Translations under genes and position numbers: made by a program | Part shown: positions 1 to 7,325 of the stretch, in pieces | Numbering within the stretch: the stretch's first letter is position 1 | Layout of the letters: each line of letters begins with the position of its first letter | The notes under the pieces: model-generated | Databases searched by the model: none | What the model was told of the DNA's origin: nothing | The model's input: only the letters and a program-made list of their open reading frames with translations | NCBI GenBank assembly: GCA_964369615.1 | Contig: CAYJHT010000002.1 | Span: forward strand, 1-24,561 | From: an uncultured Desulfovibrionaceae bacterium | GTDB lineage: Bacteria; Desulfobacterota; Desulfovibrionia; Desulfovibrionales; Desulfovibrionaceae | DNA: 24,561 nt | Reading direction: 5' to 3'

Positions 1-37
1 AAAGTTTTCCCCTTCCTCCCCCACAAAAAAAAGAATT

Positions 38-646
38 TTAATGGTAATGGAAAGGATCTTGATTAACTTTTGGACTTGCTTGTGGTGTTGTACTGAGAGC
101 ATCGCCATTTTGCGCAGCTTCAGGAGTTGTGGGTGCTGGACCTGAGTAGGGCGATCCAAGACTTCCGGAACCACTCGTATTTTCAGATGTTTGCAGCGCA
201 GGCTCTAAAGGTTTTATCGGTGCTGTTGCGGCAGGTTGCGGTGCAATCGCCGGACGCGGTGAAGAATTTGGCGGCATTGTAGATGCTGCCGCAGGGTCTG
301 GTCTCTTAGGCTCTCTTACCGTCGGGGCATGTGGGCGCGCGCCTCGCTTTTTAGGAAAAAGTGGTGGAAGATAATTAACCATTGCAGGGTCACGCCATGG
401 CCTGCCATTTGTATTGACTTGGATTGGTCCCATAAGTGCGTCAAATTGTAAGCGCGCACCTCCATGCTTCATCCATACTTCTTCTAAGCTCGCATTGGAG
501 CCTGCCCCCATGGGGGAGTTTGAAATATAACGCCCATAACCCTGTGCGCACACAGGAGTGCTCAACAATATCGTCATCCCCGCAGCAAGAAGCGGCGTGC
601 GGAGCGAAAAAAATCTGCCAGTTATTGTATTTATTTTCAAAAACAT
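38..646 (-). CDS. Hypothetical exported protein with Pro/Ala/Ser-rich low-complexity C-terminal half
   Basis: ORF 38..712. The likely start is ATG at 646, with a GGGGGA SD-like motif at 653-658. The hydrophobic stretch ending ...LLSTPVCA|QG looks like a signal peptide. It is co-oriented downstream of the M23 gene. No family recognised. Confidence 0.6.
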   Translation of the reverse strand: MFLKINTITGRFFSLRTPLLAAGMTILLSTPVCAQGYGRYISNSPMGAGSNASLEEVWMKHGGARLQFDALMGPIQVNTNGRPWRDPAMVNYLPPLFPKKRGARPHAPTVREPKRPDPAAASTMPPNSSPRPAIAPQPAATAPIKPLEPALQTSENTSGSGSLGSPYSGPAPTTPEAAQNGDALSTTPQASPKVNQDPFHYH

Positions 647-744
647 AGAGTATCCCCCATGGTCAAGTGTGATGCATGTTATAAGAACACGCTCTACTAA
701 ACTATCGGGCACAATAAGATTTTCTTTAGAGTAAATTCAGATTT

Positions 745-2385
745 TTACCTCTCCTTCTCCTCTGATTGCGCCGTATAATGCTCAAGGGATTTTTCACCTT
801 CCATATAGGCACGAATAGAAGCGACTTGCTCCTTAAATGCCGCGGCTTCCTTCTTGGCCAACTCTTCCGCTCGCGGATTGATTGCTTTAGTGGGATTTAT
901 GAATTTGCCGTTCTGACGCAAACGAAAATCTAAATGCGGACCAGTAGAATAACCGGTACTGCCCACATAGGCTATAACTTGACCTTGGCTGACCCTTGAC
1001 CCCTTCTTCAAACCACTCGCATATCGTGACATATGCGAATATAATGACTCAAGACTTTTGTTGTGACGGATGACAATATGCTTGCCATATCCGCCAACCC
1101 AGCCAATACGTGTCACCACACCATCGCCCACAGCCATAATGGGTGTCCCATGAGGAGCGCCATAGTCAATACCAAGGTGCGCACGATAGTCTCCAAAAAT
1201 TGGATGTTTACGACTCTTTGTATAACCAGAAGTTACACGGGTAAATGAGAGCGGCGATTGCAGCAAAACCTTTTTCAAGTTCTTACCGTCAGCGCCATAG
1301 TAGGCAGCGTGTCCGCTAGAATCGACAAAACGATAGGCTTCGTATTTCTTGCCGGAATTTGTAAATGTCGCGCCAAGCGTTTTGCCGTATCCCTTAAATT
1401 CACCATTACGATACAATTTTTCAACCAAGATGGAAAAAGAATCACCTAGCTGAATATCTCGAATGAAGTTTATATCCCATGCAAAAAGATTCGCAACCAC
1501 AAGCGCAAGTTGCGGTGTCTCACCGACATCTTCCATAGAGAGAAATAAATTGCTCACAATCGTATTTTCAACCAAGGCCAGTTCTTTATCGTAAATTATC
1601 TCTTGAATACTCGCCTTCGCCTTTTCTTCTTCTCCCATATCTTGAACAACAAGTTTCTCTGTGCGATTTATTTCGTACTCAAAGCGCAAAAGACGATCCG
1701 TCACATCATCGTAAACCAATGTATAAGGCTGACCCTGACGGAAGCGGTTGAAGGAAAAAAGACCTTTTGCCGCATCCACAAAACGGCGTGCCTCGGACGC
1801 ACTGACATAAGGATCGACAATTTCACTGAATGTATCTCCCTTACCAACAAATTTACTAATCGTAATGGTAGGGTCTTCAGGCGATGCCTCTTCCTCAGCA
1901 TCTCCTGTGGTAACAGTCTCGCCCATAGGGTCATCTGCTTTTATAGAATCCTCTGTCGCATCTTCTGTCGTGGTACTTAATTCTTCAGCCACCAAGGGGG
2001 CAGGTTCCGGCAAAGTTGGCATACGAGGAACGACAACCGACCTACCTCGTGAGGGGAGAGGCTCTTGTAGATCGTGTTCATCTGCATCGGCGCTTCGTGC
2101 CTCGATTGGGTCAGGCGGCTCAGACGCCGTATGACTTTCTGAAGGGACGGGCATAGCTGGTGGCACTTCACTAAGCTGAGTATCCGGAGCAGACGAGACA
2201 CTCTCCTCATCCTCTTCAGAAGAAATTTCTGGTAACACTTCAAACGAAGTTATCTTGCTTATGATCCCTTCGAGTTGCACGGATTCTATATAAACCTTTG
2301 CTTCATTCCATAGCTCTCGACCATGAGTCACAAGAAGAAGGGGAAGAATAAGTAACAATGCTATACGGAAAAAATTCTTGATCAT
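745..2385 (-). CDS. M23-family (MepM/Csd3-like) murein DD-endopeptidase with N-terminal membrane anchor and acidic linker
   Basis: C-terminal M23 motifs HLGIDY (HxxxD), YSHMS and TGPHLDF. N-terminal hydrophobic helix, then an acidic/Pro-rich linker and the AWDINF..IQLGDSF segment typical of MepM-like proteins. Confidence 0.9.
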   Translation of the reverse strand: MIKNFFRIALLLILPLLLVTHGRELWNEAKVYIESVQLEGIISKITSFEVLPEISSEEDEESVSSAPDTQLSEVPPAMPVPSESHTASEPPDPIEARSADADEHDLQEPLPSRGRSVVVPRMPTLPEPAPLVAEELSTTTEDATEDSIKADDPMGETVTTGDAEEEASPEDPTITISKFVGKGDTFSEIVDPYVSASEARRFVDAAKGLFSFNRFRQGQPYTLVYDDVTDRLLRFEYEINRTEKLVVQDMGEEEKAKASIQEIIYDKELALVENTIVSNLFLSMEDVGETPQLALVVANLFAWDINFIRDIQLGDSFSILVEKLYRNGEFKGYGKTLGATFTNSGKKYEAYRFVDSSGHAAYYGADGKNLKKVLLQSPLSFTRVTSGYTKSRKHPIFGDYRAHLGIDYGAPHGTPIMAVGDGVVTRIGWVGGYGKHIVIRHNKSLESLYSHMSRYASGLKKGSRVSQGQVIAYVGSTGYSTGPHLDFRLRQNGKFINPTKAINPRAEELAKKEAAAFKEQVASIRAYMEGEKSLEHYTAQSEEKER

Positions 2386-2649
2386 AGATACCCTACATTA
2401 AGAAAATTCAAAGCGATATTTATTGAAACGATAGTTCGAACCTTACTGCTGAATGTACAGTATATGCAACAAGAGCACGGTGCAGCATGTTCTCGCCTGT
2501 AAAAAATGCCGTTTTCTTAAAAAATTTGCAAGTCAAGAATGGTTTAAATTATTGTATTTTTATTCTTTAAAGAACTTTTAAAGTTATTTATTTTATAATT
2601 AAGTATGATAAATTTTTTCATGTAATTTTCTCAAAAAAACAAATACTCT

Positions 2650-2665
2650 TGGCATGTTAATTGCT
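2650..2665 (+). promoter_or_regulatory. Sigma54 (-24/-12) promoter candidate for the NlpC/P60 gene
   Basis: TGGCATGTTAATTGCT matches TGGCAC-N5-TTGCW with one mismatch and exact GG-N10-GC spacing. It ends 45 bp before the ATG at 2711. Confidence 0.7.
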
Positions 2666-2710
2666 TTTAACCTTAGGAAGTGTTCTCAGAACAAAAACGA
2701 GGAAATTGCC

Positions 2711-3199
2711 ATGGTAAATTTTTTACACGTAAAAAATTTGTACCTCCTCCGCTTCTTACTGCTTTGCATTCTCATGACACTTTTAACTGCTTGTGGCACA
2801 AAAACAAGTCAGTACAAAGGAGATGCTAGCGGCAGTGATGTTGCAAAAACAGCACAAAGCCAAGTAGGAAAGAAGTATAAGTTTGGCGGTGAATCCCCGA
2901 GTAAGGGATTTGACTGCTCAGGTCTTATCTGGTGGGCGTACAAAAAACACGGCATTACCGTACCTCGAGTGACTACGGACCAAGCACGCACAGGAAAATC
3001 GGTTTCAAGTAAAAGGGCGAGGGCAGGGGATATTGTTGTCTTTCGTATGAGCAAAAATTCCAGAAGTTATCACACTGGCATTTATGCAGGAAACAATAAG
3101 TTTATCCATAGCCCAAGTTCTGGTTCGCGTGTGCGAGTTGAGAGTCTCAGCAGTTATTGGAAACCAAAACTTGTCACTGTGAGGCGCATCATCAACTAA
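2711..3199 (+). CDS. NlpC/P60 (C40 peptidase) lipoprotein, cell-wall endopeptidase
   Basis: Lipobox LLTA|C, catalytic GFDCSGL, YHTGIY and FIHSPS motifs. Start placed at ATG 2711 after SD GAGGA (2699-2703). Confidence 0.92.
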   Translation: MVNFLHVKNLYLLRFLLLCILMTLLTACGTKTSQYKGDASGSDVAKTAQSQVGKKYKFGGESPSKGFDCSGLIWWAYKKHGITVPRVTTDQARTGKSVSSKRARAGDIVVFRMSKNSRSYHTGIYAGNNKFIHSPSSGSRVRVESLSSYWKPKLVTVRRIIN

Positions 3200-3281
3200 A
3201 ATAATGGCAGAAATATTTGGAGAGTATTTATTCTTCATATGTTTCTGCCATTGCTTTTTCAACGCAAGACCACAACTTTCT

Positions 3282-3290
3282 TGTGGAAAA
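3282..3290 (-). promoter_or_regulatory. DnaA-box match upstream of the MerR-like gene
   Basis: TGTGGAAAA reads TTTTCCACA on the minus strand, a perfect TTWTNCACA match in an intergenic position. Confidence 0.4.
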
Positions 3291-3318
3291 AGCATTTTAA
3301 TCATCTTTTTTAGGGGGC

Positions 3319-3347
3319 TTGCATGGAGAAAGAGATTGCGATATTGT
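3319..3347 (+). promoter_or_regulatory. Sigma70 promoter candidate
   Basis: TTGCAT-17 bp-TATTGT, ending 34 bp before the ATG at 3382. Confidence 0.55.
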
Positions 3348-3381
3348 TGTTTTACAAAGCAACCTTTTTTTCGGAGTTTTT

Positions 3382-4029
3382 ATGTCCAGCAACGATCCCC
3401 TCCTTACTCTTACACAAATTGCAAAACATTTCTCTCTACCAGAGTCCACAATGCGCTATTATAGCAAGCGCTTTTCAAATTTTTTGCCCATACAGGGAGA
3501 AGGAAGACGTCGCCGATATGAGCCTGAAGCACTCGATATATTTGCTCTGATAATCCACGAAATGCAATCTGGCAAAAATGCTCATGCTATAGAAAATATT
3601 CTCACACAACGCATGGAAAATGAAGCAGCTATCATCGTTCCCGCCTATCCTGTCTCTCATGAGCAAGCCCCCTTACAACACCTTCAGGCAAATACGCTAA
3701 GCCAACACGAAGAGCAGATGGGTTCCAATTTTGCCATAAAACTTTTGGAGCAACAAACACAAGCTATGCAAAGTATCGCCCAATCTTTGAGCATACTTGC
3801 AAATCAACAAGAAGAGATGCGCAAACTTGCCGCTGAAGCTCACAGCGCAAGCGAAGAAAATGTGCGCTTGCGAGGTGAAGTTGGAACACTGAAAGAACTG
3901 CTTCATGCTTCTGAAAGTGTTCACCAAGACGACTTAAAACAAGTGCATACATGGATGAGCCGACTAGCCGGATCCTACAACAAAAACCTATTGATGGACA
4001 CAAACAGAAATGCAAAAAAAGGTTCATAA
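3382..4029 (+). CDS. MerR-like winged-HTH protein with C-terminal coiled coil (RacA/TubY-like architecture)
   Basis: N-terminal LTLTQIAKHFSLPESTMRYY...GEGRRRRY is a MerR-type HTH plus wing. The C-terminus is Q/E/L-rich with a heptad pattern. Start at ATG 3382 after SD GGAG (3373-3376). Confidence 0.8.
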   Translation: MSSNDPLLTLTQIAKHFSLPESTMRYYSKRFSNFLPIQGEGRRRRYEPEALDIFALIIHEMQSGKNAHAIENILTQRMENEAAIIVPAYPVSHEQAPLQHLQANTLSQHEEQMGSNFAIKLLEQQTQAMQSIAQSLSILANQQEEMRKLAAEAHSASEENVRLRGEVGTLKELLHASESVHQDDLKQVHTWMSRLAGSYNKNLLMDTNRNAKKGS

Positions 4030-4066
4030 AAAAAGTGGGAGATGAAATATCTCCCACTTTTTTTAT
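4026..4066. terminator. Bidirectional Rho-independent terminator
   Basis: Perfect 18-bp inverted repeat ATAAAAAAAGTGGGAGAT-GAAAT-ATCTCCCACTTTTTTTAT with A7/T7 tracts, between convergent genes. Confidence 0.92.
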
Positions 4067-4090
4067 AATTATTTTTTATGACAAAACATG

Positions 4091-4900
4091 TTATTGCTTT
4101 GAAAGTTCAAAATCAAAAGCGGCCTTAAAAAGCTCATAGGGGAGAGCGCCACGTATTACAAGATTATTGACAAGAAAGTACGGTGTCCCTTCAACTCCCA
4201 GAGCTTCGGCATCTTTCAAATCTTGCTCAATGATATTCTTTGTTCTTTTACTGCCGGCATCTTGAGCAAGCTTTTTCACATTAAGTCCAAGTTTTTCTGC
4301 CGTTTCTTGTAAAAAAGGTTCACCCACTTCGAGGAGACGTGCGCGCTGTGAAAAAATCGCTTCATAAAGACGCTTTGCTTTTGTTTCTGATTGGTAACCA
4401 GCCGCAATAACATATTCAGAGGCCATTATTGAAATAGGACTGCTACTCAAGGGAGTGTGTTTAAAGAGAAGGCGCACCTTGCCACCGTATTCTTCCATAA
4501 TCAATTTCAAGCTTTCTGCAGCCTGTTGACAATATGGGCAGGTAAAGTCTGAAAATTCTACAACTGTGATAGGTGCATCCTTATCTCCCCAAATGGGTCT
4601 TCCATCCATAGTAACATCTTTATCGATAGCTCTATCCTTACGCCATTGCGCTTCAAGACTACGCTTTCTTCTTTTTGTGGAGCCTTCTTGAGCAATATCA
4701 AGTACAAGTTCACTATGTTTACGCAAGACATTTATAACAAGGTCGGGTCGTTCTGCAAAGATACGTTCAAGAGCGCGAATCATTTCAGCATCACTCATGC
4801 GTGCTTTTTCTTCTGCACTTACCCCAAGAGGCGCGAAGAGAAAAGCAAGGAGTAGGGCACTACACAAGAAAAGATTGTTTTTTTTCATAGTATTCCTCAT
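4091..4900 (-). CDS. DsbA/Com1-like thioredoxin-fold periplasmic oxidoreductase
   Basis: Signal peptide, EFSDFTCPYC (CxxC) and the cis-Pro loop GVEGTPYF. The start could be 4900 or 4888. Confidence 0.88.
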   Translation of the reverse strand: MRNTMKKNNLFLCSALLLAFLFAPLGVSAEEKARMSDAEMIRALERIFAERPDLVINVLRKHSELVLDIAQEGSTKRRKRSLEAQWRKDRAIDKDVTMDGRPIWGDKDAPITVVEFSDFTCPYCQQAAESLKLIMEEYGGKVRLLFKHTPLSSSPISIMASEYVIAAGYQSETKAKRLYEAIFSQRARLLEVGEPFLQETAEKLGLNVKKLAQDAGSKRTKNIIEQDLKDAEALGVEGTPYFLVNNLVIRGALPYELFKAAFDFELSKQ

Positions 4901-5004
4901 TTATTTTTTTAGTAAGAGAATTATAGCAAGTTCAAGGTGCGTAGTAAAGATTTTCTCTGCCATATTTCATCACAGGCATTCATCTTTTCAGGCAGCCTTT
5001 TTCA

Positions 5005-5034
5005 TTGACGAAACACTACATTATACTTTATAAG
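5005..5034 (+). promoter_or_regulatory. Sigma70 promoter candidate for parA
   Basis: TTGACG (5005-5010), 18 bp, TATAAG (5029-5034). The -10 element is imperfect. Confidence 0.4.
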
Positions 5035-5062
5035 AGAGTTAAAGGAAGTTCCCTTAACTTAA

Positions 5063-5078
5063 TGTTTCATGTGAAACA
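5063..5078. other. parS: parS centromere site 1
   Basis: TGTTTCATGTGAAACA is 15/16 identical to the consensus TGTTTCACGTGAAACA and lies in the parA 5' leader. Confidence 0.92.
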
Positions 5079-5104
5079 CAAACAAACTCTTAAAGGAGTT
5101 GCCA

Positions 5105-5884
5105 GTGGCTAGAATAATTTCTATCGCCAACCAAAAGGGTGGCGTTGGCAAAACAACTACTGCCATCAATCTTGCTGCATCTCTCGCTGTTATGGAAAAA
5201 AATGTTTTACTTCTTGATTGTGACCCGCAAGCAAATTGCACAAGCGGACTCGGCGTTGATCAAGAAAAAATAAATGGCGGCATCTATGCTGCAATCTATA
5301 ATCCAAAAAATGCTATGGATTATATTATCCCTACAGTCACACCATACCTGCACATCCTGCCTGCTACAACTGACTTTGTCGCCATCGAATTGGAATTTGT
5401 AGATAAGGTCGGAAGAGAATTTTATCTCAGCGAATGCATTCAAGAGCTTGATAAACATTTTGAATACATCATTATTGACTGCCCGCCGTCACTGGGACTC
5501 ATAACACTTAACGCATTATGCGCCGCGCGTGAAGTACTTGTTCCGCTTCAATGCGAATTTTTTGCCCTAGAAGGTATTGTAAAACTTTTACAAACATTTG
5601 AACAGGTCAAAAAACGCCTCAACCCACAACTTGCCCTTCTTGGCGTCGTATTGACAATGTATGATATGCGCAATAAACTTGCTCGAGAAGTCAAAAATGA
5701 AGTTCGCCGCTGCTTTCCAGACCATCTTTTTGAAACTGTAGTGCCTCGAAATGTTCGCCTTTCTGAGGCACCCAGTCACGGAAAGTCCATTATTTACTAC
5801 GATATCAAATCAAAGGGCGCGGACGCCTATTTACGCCTAGCTAAGGAAGTTGTACTGCGCCGCAATCAAAAACAAGATAATTAA
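5105..5884 (+). CDS. parA: Chromosome partitioning ATPase ParA/Soj
   Basis: Deviant Walker A KGGVGKTT, DCDPQAN, IIIDCPP and RNVRLSEAPSHG motifs. Start placed at GTG 5105, 6 nt after SD AGGAG. Confidence 0.97.
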   Translation: MARIISIANQKGGVGKTTTAINLAASLAVMEKNVLLLDCDPQANCTSGLGVDQEKINGGIYAAIYNPKNAMDYIIPTVTPYLHILPATTDFVAIELEFVDKVGREFYLSECIQELDKHFEYIIIDCPPSLGLITLNALCAAREVLVPLQCEFFALEGIVKLLQTFEQVKKRLNPQLALLGVVLTMYDMRNKLAREVKNEVRRCFPDHLFETVVPRNVRLSEAPSHGKSIIYYDIKSKGADAYLRLAKEVVLRRNQKQDN

Positions 5885-6303
5885 GAAATATCTTCCTTTG
5901 GCGTGCACTCAAAAACAAACTTTCTGTGAAAATGTTTTTTACGGACAGTTGCCCCGCAACGACAAAGAAAGACAAGCAAGCCGCCAATATTTGCATTTGT
6001 CAAATGGAATGGATGCATTGGGTCATTTTCCCAATCTTCTGTACTTACTCCACAGGCTTCACAGTGAACTGTCGGCTCATAAGGATATGTGAAATCCCAA
6101 TACTCTTTTAACTCAGCAAGAGCTTCAAGAGCTTGCGGCTTTAGAAAAGGATCTTCTGCAGAGGTAAGAGACTTTTGAGCAACAATTTTTACATGGCTCT
6201 CAACTTTTTTCCACAATTCAAGAGAAAGTTGGACACCGTGACACTCGCCATCTCGTGTAACTAAATACATGATTGGCTCGTTTAATTGATTTTTTTTTGA
6301 CAT
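5881..6303 (-). CDS. Hypothetical protein with C-terminal putative Zn-ribbon, antisense between parA and parB
   Basis: 140-aa ORF filling the parA-parB gap, with SD AGGAG (6309-6313, minus strand). It carries CEAC...CRC...C cysteine motifs. Its stop codon overlaps the parA stop (TTAA 5881-5884). Confidence 0.85.
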   Translation of the reverse strand: MSKKNQLNEPIMYLVTRDGECHGVQLSLELWKKVESHVKIVAQKSLTSAEDPFLKPQALEALAELKEYWDFTYPYEPTVHCEACGVSTEDWENDPMHPFHLTNANIGGLLVFLCRCGATVRKKHFHRKFVFECTPKEDIS

Positions 6304-6329
6304 AATAACTCCTAGATAAGTGAGGATTT

Positions 6330-7283
6330 ATGAGTTCCATTCAACGCATGGGAAGAGGTTTAGATGCTCTTTTTGGAAGCACTGAGACTAGCCAAGAAAG
6401 CGAGCAAGCGCAAGCAACATCTTTAAACCTCGATTCCATGGCGCCAAATCCAGATCAACCGCGTAAACATTTTTCAGACGAAAGTCTTGCAGAGTTACGC
6501 GATTCTATAAAGCAACAAGGTATTATTCAACCTATCCTTGTACGCCCAAAGCCTAATAGTACACAATACGAAATCGTTGCAGGTGAAAGACGCTGGCGCG
6601 CCGCAGCCATGGCAGGCCTCTCAGAAGTTCCTGTTTTTATCCGCAACCTCTCAGATACGGAAGTTATGGCGGCCGCGCTCATAGAAAATATTCAGCGCGA
6701 AGACTTAACACCTATTGAAGAAGCCAAAGCCATGTTCAAACTCCGTGAGCAATATGGCATTACTCAAGAAGAGCTTGCCACACGCCTTGGGAAAAGCCGT
6801 TCCGCAATTGCAAATTCCTTGCGCCTCCTCCAATTAACAGAAGCCGCACAAGACGATTTACAGTTCGGGAGAATAAATGCCGGTCATGCGCGCGCGCTCT
6901 TAAGCTTAAGCGATAATCCAAATGCTCAAGAAAATTTGCGCCTTGCAATCTTACAAAAAAATCTCACAGTCAGAGAAAGTGAGGCCGCAGTCCAGTTCTT
7001 CAAAGAAAAAAATTCCTTCCCTTGGGAAAATGACCAAGAACCCGAAGAAGAAATTATTGAAACAAAGCCAAAAGTTTCAAAAAGATCTAAATCTGGCTAC
7101 TTAAAAGATTTACAAGAAAAGGTCCAAGACCATCTCTCCATTAAAACAAATATATCTGGTAGCAACGACAGAGGTCGTATCACCTTCACCTACACAAATA
7201 ATGACGAACTTTGCTACCTCTTAGAAAATCTTGGCATTGGGACACATGAAGAAGTCCCTGAAAATCACGAGAGTGAGCTTTAA
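6330..7283 (+). CDS. parB: Chromosome partitioning CTPase ParB/Spo0J
   Basis: N-terminal MGRGLDALF, PNPDQPRK, CTPase box GERRWRA, ENIQREDL, HTH ...GKSRSAIANSLRLL and GHARALL. Confidence 0.97.
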   Translation: MSSIQRMGRGLDALFGSTETSQESEQAQATSLNLDSMAPNPDQPRKHFSDESLAELRDSIKQQGIIQPILVRPKPNSTQYEIVAGERRWRAAAMAGLSEVPVFIRNLSDTEVMAAALIENIQREDLTPIEEAKAMFKLREQYGITQEELATRLGKSRSAIANSLRLLQLTEAAQDDLQFGRINAGHARALLSLSDNPNAQENLRLAILQKNLTVRESEAAVQFFKEKNSFPWENDQEPEEEIIETKPKVSKRSKSGYLKDLQEKVQDHLSIKTNISGSNDRGRITFTYTNNDELCYLLENLGIGTHEEVPENHESEL

Positions 7284-7286
7284 TAT

Positions 7287-7302
7287 TGTTTCACGGGAAA
7301 CA
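7287..7302. other. parS: parS centromere site 2
   Basis: TGTTTCACGGGAAACA is 15/16 identical to the consensus and starts 3 bp after the parB stop. Confidence 0.9.
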
Positions 7303-7306
7303 TTAA

Positions 7307-7322
7307 GAGTTCCCGTGAAACA
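7307..7322. other. parS: parS centromere site 3 (degenerate, inverted copy of site 2)
   Basis: GAGTTCCCGTGAAACA; the minus strand reads TGTTTCACGGGAACTC, with one perfect half-site. Confidence 0.65.
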
Positions 7323-7325
7323 GCG

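Noticed and set aside
3319..3381. TTG-initiated extension of the MerR-like ORF
   Set aside because: The TTG coincides with the predicted -35 box; ATG 3382 has a proper SD.
6207..6215. Perfect DnaA box (TTTTCCACA) inside the hypothetical gene, and a similar one in gyrA
   Set aside because: Isolated matches in coding sequence, compatible with chance.
6290..6298. A9 tract at the 5' end of the par-interrupting gene as a phase-variation site
   Set aside because: Similar A-runs begin other genes here (e.g. the DsbA-like gene); expected in an AT-rich genome, and the frame is intact.
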